A stretch of DNA of 64,000 nucleotides, taken from contig NC_086376.1 of assembly GCF_036588685.1 (NCBI RefSeq), forward strand, positions 67,435,630-67,499,629, written 5' to 3'. A model generated the notes under the pieces. That model ran no database searches and was not told where the DNA came from. It saw only the letters and a program-made list of their open reading frames with translations. The translations under genes and the position numbers were made by a program. Origin of the DNA: Mytilus trossulus (lineage: Eukaryota). Positions 27,630-41,036 of this stretch are shown one piece after another; within the stretch, counting starts at the first letter, position 1; every line of letters starts with the position of its first letter.

Positions 27630-28008
27630 GACGTTTCTGGCTAGATGGGATAGATGATGTGACTGAATCTGACATGCGATGGGCGTCAACTTATGGCAAA
27701 ATAGAGCCAATATTTTGGTACCCTGGTCAACCAAGCGATTCTTCAGCTAATGAAGATTGTATGGAAACTTAATAGATGATGTGACTGAATCTGACATGCG
27801 ATGGGCGTCAACTTATGGCAAAATAGAGCCAATATTTTGGTACCCTGGTCAACCAAGCGATTCTTCAGCTAATGAAGATTGTATGGAAACTTATCACATT
27901 ATTAGAGGCCTTTGGAATGACACAGATTGTACTTCACATATGTTTAGTATATGTGAAAAAAAGTTTTATAGAATGACTTTCGTTAAGAAAAGGATCATTT
28001 TGCAATAA
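27630..28008 (+). pseudogene. C-type lectin C: orphan last exon (QPS/WND) with an internal 122-bp tandem duplication
   Basis: Acceptor ctacAG at 27628-27629, then RFWLDGIDDVTES..QPS..EDCMET*. Units 27650-27771 and 27772-27893 look identical and create TAA at 27770-27772. I found no exons 1-3 upstream. Confidence 0.85.
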
Positions 28009-28600
28009 ATGATTTGAATAACCGTGCATGTATTGTATTAGTATTTGTTTTATGTGAAAACCATCTTATGTACTTAAATTACAAAGACTGTATTCAAAAA
28101 CGTCTAATGTGTCCTTCGTAAGTCTAATAACTTTCTCATGGGCCTTGATCTTTTAAAAAATAAAAACCAATACCTCTTATTTTATTGAGTGCGTCATTAA
28201 CGACTTGTTTTATTTTCGTAATAGTTATTTTGATCTTCCTCAGCTGAGTAGCCTTATAATACATTTTAAAATGTTTTATTGTTTTCTCATGCGACGCTTT
28301 GCCGGCGGGGGATACAAATACCGGGGCGTCTACTTTCCGGTCTTGTGTCCGCTTTCATGTATATAATACAATGACATACTTGCATCATAATTATTTTAAC
28401 TAAAAATAGAATAACATTCAACCTACCTCCACGATTTCTTCATACCTTAGTGGACTAACGTAACTTAAAAAAATGTATCAATTACAAGTTTTCTTTTGAT
28501 TACCCCTCCTTTCTTTCACTTCATATGCATATTTTTCATTATTTCATTTTAAACAGTAAATGTGGAATGAATCTCAGAAGCCAAAAACAACAAACACTAA

Positions 28601-31600
28601 ACACGGCTGGTAATCTACACACGCAGAAAAATTGATTCTGCAATGAAAACCGTGAGAGGATTTTCCGGTTGTGCTTGAGTGGAGTATTTTTCACCGCTTC
28701 AAAAGGTATGTACTTTCTCAATCGCAATTTTCTTATTCAACTGATCAACATATTGAAAATCGGAGAATGCTATGATGTGGTGAATATATAAACGAAGAGG
28801 TACATGTATCATTTACTGTTGTACATGGAGTTGAACTCCTACAAAATCAGCTGCCCACGAGAAATTGGCCAAAAAAGTGACATTTAAATTTTGAAATGGT
28901 TCTATTAACAGACCTACACGTTCAAATTTACTTTTTATTTGGTCAATGGGTGTGATTTTCGTTTTAGGCGGCGTGTTCGCTGTCCGGTGTTGATAAACAC
29001 CTTAATCAATTGAAAAACCTCATATTTTCATTATGTCATGCGTGAGGGGATCGGTTCTAATTGCGGACATCGTAAATGTGATATCATGTCTTTATATACA
29101 AGCTTCTTTTTTTTTAGGAAATTCTAATTAGATGTCACTTTGTGCGTAGATGTGTTTGGCTTACTCGGCTGTGAATTTTATGTGCTTGTTTAGGTTGTTT
29201 TATGTTTCCGTTTTTACTCTGTAGTTAGTCACCACTTCGATTGTATCATGTTATCATATATTCATTTTATAAAAAAAATACTGGTTGCAAATATGAGTTA
29301 TTCTAAATATTAAGGATGTTCTCATCCCATGAAGAAAACCCGAGCCGTAATTAGGCACAATGTTTTTGAACTTTTGGTCCTAAATGTACTTGTTTTGGCT
29401 TTCGAACTCTTTTCATCTGAGCTTCACTGGTTAGTTTTGCGTGAAAGAAACGCGAGTCTGGCGTATATTTGTTTTTAAACCTGGTACTTTTTGTTAGCTA
29501 TTACAAGTGTGTTTCTCTGTCCTATATATTCTCCCATTTATATTTATTGTAGTCCTATCATGTAATGTTGTCATTTAAATGTTATATAACATTGCCATAA
29601 AAGCAGAAGGTTTGGCATGCAACAAAACAAGGCTCGTTCCACCGTTTTTCAGTCAGGGAAATGGCCATTGGTATATTATAATTCGTTAATTTCTGTGTGT
29701 GTTACATTTTAATGTTTTGTTTCTGTTGTGTCGTAGTTCTCTTCTTATATTTGATGTGTTTTCCTCAGTTTTACACCCCAGCTCTATTGTTATACTTAAT
29801 AGTTTCTATTTTTGAAACACGTGTAAATTGAATAGATCTATTGTTACGAATAACAATGGATTTTGACCACAGGCTGTGACAAGCGGGGTTTCTGGAAACC
29901 CCTGCTTCTACATCCCGCAAACAAAGTCCATTGTTATTCGTAACAATAGAAATTTTGATTATTATTTAAAAAGCATGAACACAAGAAACAACTAACAGTG
30001 TTCACTACAAATTGTTTCAAAATATTAAAAAAAACCATTTAAGGAAATTCCAATAGCGAAAAAAAAATTAAGCATTTATTTTAAATTAAAAAAAATCCTT
30101 CAATTACTCCTTTGCTGAAAGTAATATTTTTTTATCCTAGTCATATATTTCTATTATAAAAAAGCGGGATTCTAACTCTCGACTCCCCCCACCCCCGTTA
30201 TCCAGTGGCCGATTCGTGGTAGGGGTTCCGCGGGGACCAGATTTAAAAGATCAATGTATTTGACTTTTTGAACCCCGGTCCCTTTCTTTTGAGTTGGGAA
30301 CCCCAGCTGGATCAGCCCCTCTTCCACAAAAGAGAGAGTTACGAAATATTAAATTTGTATCTTTGTATGCTGAGCGTGCCTGGAAGTCGGGTTTCTATTG
30401 TAGACACACTTATTCCTTTGTAGGTCCGAATATGAATGTTTATTCATTCTCGAGAAGAAAGGGAGGGGGGGCTTTTTTCCCCATAAAACCGTAAGATAGA
30501 AAATATAGTTATGATTACCTTTATTAAACTGATACAGGTAAGTACTTTGGGTAATAATTGCCTTTATCTTTTTAATTAGTCTCATCTACCAAATCCAACG
30601 CTTGCTAAGAAATGTCGTCCGTCTCATACCCTTCCATATTGACAACTGCATACACGGAGCATGACGTATTTTTTTGTTTTTAATATGAATACACGATACA
30701 GTCAACCTTGACCTGCTGATCCATATCAACCCAAGGATTTATTTGGAATATGCAGAACAACCTTGACTTTGGTAAAACATACTCACTTGTCAAAGTGTGA
30801 ACGAAGATAACCAAAAAAGGTTACTAGTGGGTTTTCATGTAATAACAAAGAAATCTTATAAATAAGGGTTTGATATGGTCAATAAAATAGATGCTATCGT
30901 TATTTTTTTATTTGATAATCATTGTTAACAAAATAGAGTTTAGAATGGGGTGTAAGTTAGTTATACACCTCGGGATAAGGCATGCCTGGATAAGAAACCC
31001 CTACGGCCTCCGGCCGACGGGGTTTCTTATCCAGACATACCTTTCCCTTGGTGTATAACTATTACTTAATTTGTAACCCGGATTGTTTTTTTCTCAATCG
31101 ATTTGTGAATTTCGAACACTGTTTTTCTACTGTTGCCTTTATTGGAGACATATTTGCAATTTATTTGTTAGAATGTTCAAGCATGTACAGAAAACTTGGT
31201 TATTATTGTTTAAATTAAAATATTTAAACAAATTTAAAAATTTGTGTTTTCACAATCATTTGTTTTTAAATAAGCAATTCAAGATGATATAACTCTTTTC
31301 GCAAAAAATATTTATACTGGGCAGAGACGATTTTTTAAAAACTTTTATTTGTAGCAAGAAACAAAATCGAAGACACATTTTTTTCTTTTTATTTTCATAA
31401 AAAATACTATGAAAACTATCTTCCCATAACTTATTTCAAAAATCTATCTCGTAATTTTTGTTTATGTACACGACTATGATTTTTCATGGACAATCTAACA
31501 ACATTTAGGTAACTTTCAGCAACTCATAGCTTGGATATAAAGATATGATTTCACGTCCTCTCACGCATTCACGATGTCCGCAATAAGAACCGATCCCCTC

Positions 31601-32045
31601 ACGCATGACATAATGAAAATATGAGGTTTTTAGATTAATTAAGATGTTTATCAACACCGGACAGCGTACACGCCGTCAAAAACGACATTCATACCCATTG
31701 ACCGAATTATAGGTACATTTGAACTTGTAGGTCTGTAAATAGAACCATTTAAAAATTTAAATGTAAATTTTTTAGGCAATTTTTCATTGGGCAACTGATT
31801 TTTTAGAAGTTCAATTTCACGTACAACAATAAATGATACATGTACCTCTTCGTTTATATATTCACCACAGCATATCATTCTCAGATTTTCAATAAGTTGA
31901 TCAGTTGAATAAGAAAATTGCGATTAAGAAATGTATATACCTCTTGAAGCGGTGACAATTACTCCACTCAAGCACAACCGGAAAATCCTCTCACGGTTTT
32001 CATTGCAGAACCAAATGTTCTGCATGCGTAGATTACCAGCCGTGT
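28601..32045. repeat. Pair of ~480-bp imperfect inverted repeats (28601-29081 and 31565-32045)
   Basis: acacggctggtaatctac at 28601 mirrors gtagattaccagccgtgt ending at 32045. Inner ends ttgcggacatcgt / acgatgtccgcaa. Confidence 0.8.
29774..31069. mobile_element. Non-autonomous element with a long hairpin near each end (Crypton-like layout, tentative)
   Basis: Palindromes at about 29838-29950 and 30954-31067 (centre cggcctccggccg). It interrupts a repeat whose uninterrupted form is at about 33250-33290. Confidence 0.55.
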
Positions 32046-32442
32046 AAAACTAAAACTAATTAACTGCAATGCAAGTGTCATTGCAAGAGTTTTGATATTT
32101 AAAACTTACTCAAAGGGTACTCAAAAGACACCTATGTAGCCAAACAAATTAGCGTTTTTGCAAAGTTGTTAGATTGGAAAATATTACTTATTTATGCAAA
32201 CGTACTGATATCTTTTTAAATTTAACAATCGTGTTAATTTTAAGGCGGTTTTTGTTCAAATATTTTGAGGGTGAATACGGATACGGCCACTTCCATTTCC
32301 GTCTGAAAAGTGAGATTTAACAGATGTTTGTTTCTGATCTAAGCTTGAAATTGAGCGTTTTTAACGAACAAATCAGTCAAAATCTTTTACAATAACCAAT
32401 TGAATCGAATGACGTAGACATTTAAGTGTTTTAAAAATGAAA

Positions 32443-32613
32443 ACGTCAACTTTTGGTAAATTAGAGCATATATTTTGGTACCTTGGTGAACTAAACCGGA
32501 GCTAATCAGATAAAGATTGCACGCCAACTTATGCCAACAACAGAGGCCTATGGAATGATGATGATTGTTTTAAACATCAGTTTAGCATGTGCGGATAATA
32601 ATTTACAGAGTGG
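32443..32613 (+). pseudogene. 5'-truncated C-type lectin last-exon relic
   Basis: STFGKLEHIFWYLGELNRS*SDKDCTPTYANNRGLWNDDDCFKHQFSMCG** aligns with exon 4 of lectin D. Confidence 0.85.
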
Positions 32614-33652
32614 CTTTCGTTCAAAACAGTTGCTAAGTAATGTACTTTGCATGTACTCAAAATGCCAGTACCGTTTCAAATTGGTAAAATGTTTCCTTCT
32701 TTCGTCCGGACCGTTTTCAGGGCCCTGATTTTTTTTAATGAATGAATTACAAAAACCGGATGTCCTTCCTTTAGTCTGAGTGTCCGTTTGTACGTATGTC
32801 CATTCTTGTAATCACTCTCATTTTTACATGATAGAGAAAATAACCTTAAAAGTTGGCTTTATTATACTTTTTAACTGGTTGTGATTTGTAACTGTTTATC
32901 CAAAAAAGTATTATTGTTGCTTTTCCTTTGTATATCTGCTTTCATGACAAATTAATATACATACGCAGAAAAACAGTAAATATTTCTTTAGGCAGAAAAC
33001 CTTAGCCGTATGAGCCAACCTTTTAGAGCTTTTAGTCCTCAATGCACTTCGACTTTGTACTTATTTTGGTTTCGAACTTTTTTGATCTGAGGGTCACTGG
33101 GTAGTCTTATGTTTTTTTTCTCTTAAAATGACCATTACCAAATCAGGAAAATGGTCATTGTTATACATATAATAGTTCGTTTCTATGTGTGTTACATTTT
33201 AATGTTGTGTTTCTGTTGTTTGGTAATTCTCCTCTTCTATTTGATGTGTTTCCCTCAATTTTAGAGTGTGATCCGGATTTGTTTTTTTCTCAGTCGATTT
33301 ATGAATTTCGAACAGCGGTATACTACTTTAGCCTTAACCCGAATAATTCAGTCGTTATATTCCGCTGATCTACGAAGGCTACATTAACCTCATGTGGGAG
33401 AAAATTGGACACGGAAAGGGCTTGAATGATTCGAGTTACGTTTGCCTTTATTTCGTCCAATCAAATATATCCTTCAACAAAATAAGGTTATCTAAGTCTC
33501 AAATTGCAGGTCAATGTGATATCAAAGTTCTTGACAAGGTAACATTGAAATTTACAGAACAGGAGAAAATCAAGATACCATAGTATTTTAGTAAAGACAT
33601 AATAACTAGTGAAAGAGTCGAAAACTATATATTTTAGTACTATATTATTTGA

Positions 33653-36368
33653 ATGTTAATGACTATGACGATGTTTGTTCCCTTGTTCTTGTTATCAGCA
33701 AGTAAGTACTTGTTTCAACATAATTAGGTTTACTTATTTATAGATTTGTTCATGTCGTCTTGAACGGATTCACCCGTAGGGTTGAAAGCATAAAAATAGT
33801 CTTTGTCATTGCACCAACACGATCAACCATACTGTGCATATGATATACCACTGTTGTAAGGTACGCTTTATAGATGGCGCTGTGGTACAAAAACCGTATA
33901 GGCCCTTGTTATATCAAAATTGAGTGCTTCTTTTTTGTAATTAATTGGGGGAGTGAAAGTATTGAGCGAATCTCACTCTCAAAGAACGTGGGAACTGTTT
34001 TGTCTTTAATGACAAAAGACCTTCCATTCATTTATTACATGATTCTGAAAAATTCAACGAAGCTTATTTTAGAAATAAGCTAATTTTTTTAGCTCATTCA
34101 TTGTGCTCAATATACACGACACCAATAATATTGTCGTTTTACAAAGAAAATCAGTATTTATCTTCTGTTTAAAAATTGTACAACACAAAATTATTATTTT
34201 GCTTAAAACTTCGAATAGCGACTAAAGTTTATATACTATAATTGATTAATCATTTGCTAATTATCTGCACATAGGCTGTGTTTTATCTGCTTGTCCACCT
34301 GGTTGGTTTGTCGGTTATAATTCATCATGTTATCTTTTTCATCAACGATCGTTATCATGGGTAAAAGCATCGGTAAGTACAATGTATAAAAAAGTAGCCA
34401 TATTTGGCATGATACGGCGCCATCTAAGATCACATTCATTGTTATTATCGGTCGGTCCGTGGCTACGCATATGATATGATTTATCAATTTTTAAGGTTTA
34501 TCAAACTGAAAGGCATTATTTCGCACATGGATAAGGAGTATAATGTGTGGTGTTGTCGTGTTGATAATCCCTTTTTTAATTACTTAAAACTTGCATTAAA
34601 TACTCAAAGTATGGATTCTTCTCATTGTCGAAGGCCTTTAAAAATTACTTTGAATGATAATTTACATATCGCACACTAAACAATTAAGGAGATTCAGACA
34701 ATAGTAAATCCAATTCAAGATAATATATTATGATATATTTGGATGTCCTTCAACTTAAAACTGACAAAAGCATCCTTCTACAGCTTTAAAAACAATTTCA
34801 ACACTGACATTAATTGACGTTAAGATTGAGCATTTAAAATTGTTGTTGACTGCTTTGCTCTATGTTAATTTAAGGTTATTTGGTATTGGAAATGTGGTAT
34901 TTTTATGATTGATTGATATAAAATAGATTTATTTTAAGGGTCTGCGTTAAACACCTATGCTTTGAAAACACTTATGTCCCCTTTACTTGTTGAAAATTGA
35001 ATCATTCACAAATGAATACGATTCTGGAGGTGTGCTGAGATTATAAAATATAGATAATGCATTTAGTAACACTGTTCTGCATAACAAATCTAGCTTTTGC
35101 AGATTAACAAAGCAAATACACACGTATCAATAATTGAAATTGCATTATTTAATTACAGTGTGCAATAAATGAACATGAATTATTGACAGTTAATGGAACT
35201 GAAATAGACAGTTAATTTAAATGATTGTCAATGAGACGACTCTTCCTGTTTTTGTGATCCCTTTGGTTTCAACTTAAGATGGAGAACTTAATCTCTACAG
35301 TCGGTTGGCACGTTATTTTGGTAAAAATATGGCACATTGATTTACATGTGGTACACATTGATGTACATGTGGTACACATTGATGTACACGTGGTACACAT
35401 TGCTGATATACATCTTCATTTTATCTTTGATGGATAGTTGGCGCATCGGAAATCAAATCACATCTCATTATCTTTAAATATAGTGAAAAGTCAAACAAAT
35501 ATGATAGGGAACGGGAGAAACGGGTGAACACTGGTGCCCGTCTTCGCGCAACTATGTATAATCGTCTTTGATTTACTTAATTAAGTATTATAAATGATAA
35601 AATATTGAGAATTATGATATCCTGGAATAGAACAAGCCTCTATGCGACAGAGTTAGAAAGATAGTTAGCATAAATATGCAGAAAATGATCTAATTTATTG
35701 AATATTTTTTACAGCATTACTGTCTTTCATTGGGCGGGCATTTAGCTAGAATTGAATCTGAAACAGAGAAAAATTTAATTCGTGACGAATTAAAGCATTT
35801 GTCTGGTAAGCTATCTTTCTACATGGTAAAATATTTCTTGGACAGAAAGAACAAAGAGAGATAGAAATATTTTGATTAAACTCCATATAACTAAACTGGT
35901 ATACAATGATACTTATATCATGAAATACAGTTTTCAGCTGTGTGTGTTTTGATAATTTATAATTTGGTGAACAAAAAAAAATGTTATGAGCATTACATTT
36001 CTGCATCTTTCGTGATATTACTAAAAAGAAGAAAAAAGATCAACACAAACAACAAAAAACTGAAGAGTTTTAAAATGGCTGAATAATAAAGAGTTCCAAT
36101 GAAAAAGTACAACGTACTTTCATATAATATTTTTTTCTTTGCAGGAGAATATTGGATAGATGGGATAGATGATGTGACTGAATCTGACTGGCGCTGGGCG
36201 TCAACTTATGGCAAAATAGAGCCAACATTTTGGTTACCTGGTGAACCAAATAATGGTTATGGAAATGAAGATTGTATGGAAACTTATAACATCATCAGAG
36301 GTCTTTGGAATGATGAGGATTGTTCTGATCATCAGTTTAGCATTTGCGAAAAAGAATTTGCAGAGTGA
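33653..36368 (+). CDS. C-type lectin D, perlucin-like, secreted, intact, 153 aa (EPN/WND)
   Basis: Exons 33653-33701, 34275-34372, 35715-35805, 36145-36368; GT-AG, phases 1/0/1; 462 nt open. Leader MLMTMTMFVPLFLLSASCVLS (several possible Met starts), six CTLD cysteines, WIDG, EPN, WND. Confidence 0.93.
35330..35403. repeat. Minisatellite, 22-bp unit x about 3
   Basis: tggtacacattgatgtacatg-like unit repeated in lectin D intron 2. Confidence 0.7.
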
Positions 36369-37298
36369 CTTTCATTTAGTACCGTCTCCTATTGAAATAC
36401 ATGCTTTAATTAACCAAACACTTTATAAGAATATGTTTTATCAGAAAACACATTATGAATCTTAAATACACTTTTCACAGATGTGTTCTTCGTCCGTTCA
36501 ATACCCTTTTTGGGGCATCTTGATTTAATTTTAAAAAAAAGGAAAAGAAAAAAAGCAAGGAACAAAAAACTTCTGATTAAATTTTGTGCGTTCGAAGAGC
36601 TTTTTTTTTAATGTTTCCTTCGTGAGAGTTATCATAATGACTCTTCTAGTTTTCATCATAGTTATTGTAAAACAACGTGCTGATAAGGGGCTTTGAAATA
36701 CAAGGCGTCTGTCTGCTGTTGTTGTTCTAGATTATTTGTACGTAGTTGTCTCATTGGCAATCATACCACATTTGCGTATTCTTATCTAGATTTAGTAATC
36801 ATTGATCAGAAATTACAATAACATTATTTTGTTTTGTATATATTTATTAAGTCGGTAATTGCATTTTTTGTGTAATGCTATTAAATTATAATACTTCTTC
36901 ACATTTAAAAATATTTTACATCTTGTAGCTAATTTATATGTCACATGGTCTCTGGGGGAGAGTTGTCTCATTGGCAATCATACACATATTATTCTTGTGT
37001 AGACTGGTCATCATTTATAAGAACTTACAATAAAATTATAATTTTGTTTTGTTCATATTTATTCAGTCGACAATTGCGGTTTTTTTTAATTTCAAATTAC
37101 AAAATTTATTTTTTTCAAATCATTCCAGCACATAATCAAATATTTACTCATTGCCTTATGTATCAGAAAGTCTCAAGTTTATATTTTTTGCCATAGAATA
37201 ACTAGAAATTTACACAGATTTGAATAGTTTACATCTTGTTGCAAGTAAGCACGATATCATCTTGATTAAAAAAGATCGAATTTATGAAAAACAAATCC

Positions 37299-40200
37299 TC
37301 ATGAACGATGTTTATCTATATGTTTCACTAAGTTATCGAAATTGACTGCTTGGTCCAAAGTACCATGAGTATCAACTGATTCTGTACGATTCGTTCGAAT
37401 TTCAGTAGAGTTCCAAGGAATGGGGAATCGATCCGTAATTTTAGGCGCAGGTGAATCTCGAATAATGTCCCGAGCAATCTGCTCGAGATCGGCTTTTGAA
37501 TAGTGAGTATGAACGGATTTTGATTTATGTTTCACTGATCTTTTTGCACGATTCTTAATCAAACCCTACAATAAAAATTATAAACAGATTAGTACATTTT
37601 GATAAACATGCTATATCTATATTAACAATGTGAAACGTATAATAATACATTTGTGACCATTTATACTTTTGCTTTCATTTTAAGAAAAGGATAAAAATTG
37701 TCTTATATTTATTCAAACTGCTGTATTTTTGTAACTAAGACTTTGAATAGTGATACTGATTGATTAAGTGACAGTTGCGTATTGCTGTAATGCCGCCTTT
37801 GTGCAAAAGAATGTATCACTTCAATCTTCAAAATATAAATCAAATATAAAATTAGTTTCAATAATCCTTCACACTTTGTTATGTAAAATAAGATCAACTA
37901 GAAGAATGTTCATAATTGTTTAAAGGGCGATATTGAATGGTGTAATACTGTTATCTAATGGCTGTGGCAATCACAATGGTAAGCATAGCATCAATAGAAA
38001 TGTTATTCAGAGTCGGAAGATTTAAGCCTCTAAAGAGTTGGTCCATATTTAGGATGCAATCAACAGTTTTTTTCTATGACGTCACATTTTGAGGGACCAT
38101 GCATAAGTGACCCTTAGTGGTGGACTGATTAATAAAGATACTTGTATAAAACTAGATATCACTGGAATCAGAATGTTCTCTAGTATAAAGTGAAATAAAA
38201 ATAATGTGTACTTTTAATATATTAAAAACAATCCATCCAATGAACATGGGGAAAAAGGTATAATTTTAACAGAAAAAACTTGAAACCAGGTCATGTGCAC
38301 AGCCATGAAGACATGATCCATGCACAGTTTTCATTATCAAAACTGTATGAAATTTGTAGGTTTTTACCTGGCCTTTCAAAAAAATCTTGTTTCAAGGTAC
38401 GGTTTCCTGCTCCGAAAAGAGCTACAGTGGCTGCAAATAAGTTCTCAATTTTCACTGCCAAAAACAAAAGGATGTTTACACTGTTGTCTCCCCTCAAAAC
38501 ATGTAAAGTTAATATAATTTTTAAATTTATTTCAATCATTCAACCGGTTTTAATTGAAAGCTAATTAACTAATTTTTTCAATCAAACACAAAAAACATGA
38601 TACTTTTGCACCAATTGAGTAAATAAACAGGGGTTTCCCTCCATGGTTATTTTTAGTCGGGGAATAACCCCTAGTTTTTTTTATACGAAACTGTTTATAG
38701 CACCCATAACAGTCATATATTTTTCATTCTGACTGTAGAATGTTACTCTATTCATTACTTAAGCTTAAGATCGAACTTTCTATTTTAAACCATTACATTT
38801 TTGTCGAGCCTTCGACTTTAGTCGAAAAAGCGAGACTAAGCGATCCTACTTTCCGTCGGCGTCGTCGTCGGCGGCGTCCACAAATATTCACTCTGTGGTT
38901 AAAGTTTTTGAAATTTTAATAACTTTCTTAAACTATCCTTGGTTTGAACCAAATTTTGACAGAAGCTTGTTTATGATCATAAGATAGTATCCAGAAGTAA
39001 ATTTTGTAAAAAAATAAATCCATTTTTTCCGTATTTTACTTTTAAATGGACTTAGTTTTTCTGCGGGGAAACATTACATTCACTCTGTGGTTAAAGTTTT
39101 TAAAATTTTAATAACTTTCTTAAACTATCCTGGGTTTGTACCAAACTTGGACAGAAGCTTATTTATGACCATAAGATAGTATCCAGAAGTAAATATTGTA
39201 AAACGATAACTCCATTTTTTCTGTATTTTACTTTTAAATGGACTTAGATTTTCTTCCAGTTAACATTACATACAGTCGGCAGTTTAAGTTTTCAAAACAT
39301 TAATTAGATTCATTAACTATCCTAGATTTTTACCAAACTTGGACAGAAGCTTCTTACAATCAAAAGATAGTATCAAGAGGAATTTTTTTATTGATTTTTT
39401 TCCTCATTTTATGTTGAGCCTGCGATTTACAGCAAAAGTAGGCAAGACACTGGGTTCCGCGGAACCCTTACAAATTTTTCATGAGTTAATGTGATTCAAC
39501 GAGTCAGCGAAAAACTTGCCGTTGTTAAGTCCTGTTGATTTCTCTTGCCACAGTAACCCTATACACAAATTGAGATAGAGAAATATAATTGGAAGTCTAA
39601 AGTTTATCATAAGATTCAGATTTTGTGATGTTTCAACTTAGTTTTGTTAAGCGATTAATTAGTAGTTGTAAATATAAAGGTGACTGTGACAGAACGACAA
39701 ACGAAAGGAAATATAGAGAAACAGACGAACAGACGATAAGGCTGAGAAACGAACGAACAAACGAGATTTCCTTTTTTCACATTGCATTTAGAAAGCGATT
39801 TTACATGTATAATAATGCGTGTATTACAAGTAAGTGGTAAACGAATGCCTAAAAAACTGCAAACAATTTGTAAAAGATGTTTTGTCCTTACCGTTAGTTG
39901 TTTGAAAGTTTGTGGACGAAGATCATAGATTTTACTTCCAATTTTCGGTAAGCTGTCCAACACTTGTATCCCGCCATTCCGTAAATACGTTAAGCTGATA
40001 GGGATTCGAAGTAAATGATTCAGTTTATGTTGTTTGATTCCATTATTAGAGGTTAACATATACTGCTGCAAACATCTGATCTGTTTCAAGGTTCCCATGG
40101 TAAGGAAATTGTCCATGTTTTTGTACGAATAGCAATCCTTTAAAACAACAGGATCATACTCATTCTGAACACGCAAAGCCACTAACAATGGAAAAATGGT

Positions 40201-40793
40201 ACATATATAGAGGACACTTCCCAACAGCATCTAAAGAAACAAATATGAACTATTGAGAGACATAATATAGACAATTACTGTTTAGTGTCTTAAATATCAG
40301 CTGTATTTGTACGAGACTAAGAAACAGGTGTAACGAAGCTTATTATTATTTTTTTCAGAAATCAACACGTCTTAAACGCGGACCGCAATGAGGAGGTCAA
40401 ATTGAATTGTGACGTAAACAAACAGTAATTTGACATAACCGTTTGCTCGCAAAAGAAGCCGGATACCAGGAAAAGATATACTTTAGTAAACGTATATCAC
40501 TTTCTGTTATACTTATAAGTATAATAGAAAAGTCGATTACAGGATTACGTTTGTGAAGTATAAGTCAACGCGCGTCTAGCGTATATATAAAATTTAGTCC
40601 TGGTATCTGTAATGAGTTTATTATCAATAATACACAAAAAGAAATATTAAGATTCGCCAACAAAATACAACACAACGCAAAGACTACCCAGAAAAATCTG
40701 TCATAAAAAAGCAATGACAACAAACACATACAAACACATAATCCAGATAGCCTGATACTATATTTATCCAATACTCACTTTCGATGAACCCAT
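37299..40793 (-). CDS. G1: uncharacterised secreted precursor, 206 aa (signal peptide, two conserved Cys, RAKR site)
   Basis: Exons 40793-40779 (MGSSK, GTGAGT donor), 40230-39892 (GTAAGG donor), 37565-37299 (tgtAG acceptor); all phase 0 and open. The same exon borders are conserved in paralogue G2. Confidence 0.85.
38797..39479 (+). mobile_element. Helentron-type non-autonomous element with internal ~192-bp tandem repeats, in G1 intron 2
   Basis: T-run insertion site, 5' hairpin ttcgac..gtcgaa, cgtcgg microsatellite, repeat units starting 38887 and 39079 plus a degraded third, 3' hairpin gggttccgcggaaccc. Confidence 0.7.
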
Positions 40794-41023
40794 CACAAGT
40801 TATATTTACAACTTTCCACAGGATTTATAGAAAAACGGTTCACCTCGTAATAGTTGGATCCTAGATGTAAATATTTAAATATAAAATCGAATGAAAATGT
40901 TTAAATAACATAATTTAAAAAGAAGAAATTAAAAAAAAAAACTGAAGCAGCTACAAATAATACTACCTTTTTCGATGACCGTACCTTTCTAGTCCTATAA
41001 GATTGTTTGTATCACAGATTGCA

Positions 41024-41036
41024 GGATATATATAGG
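41024..41036 (-). promoter_or_regulatory. Candidate TATA box of G1
   Basis: A (TA)n box is conserved at the equivalent position upstream of G2 (about 54183-54192), inside a ~600-bp conserved upstream block. Confidence 0.35.

Noticed and set aside
27630-32613. Orphan last exons as a mutually exclusive alternative-exon system for lectin B
   Set aside because: B has a stop in exon 3 and both orphan exons contain stops; decay of duplicates is simpler.
39655-39891. C-terminal part of the 191-aa ORF (and 53064-53102 in G2)
   Set aside because: Intron read-through after a GTAAGG donor conserved in both paralogues; protein similarity fades soon after that point.
37299-40230. G1/G2 as tyrosinases (two-Cys pro-region followed by RxKR)
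   Set aside because: No copper-binding His motifs, and the protein ends 79 aa after the site.
40779-40793. MGSSK/MGTSK as an N-myristoylation signal
   Set aside because: No Ser/Thr at position 6, and a hydrophobic signal-like segment follows directly.
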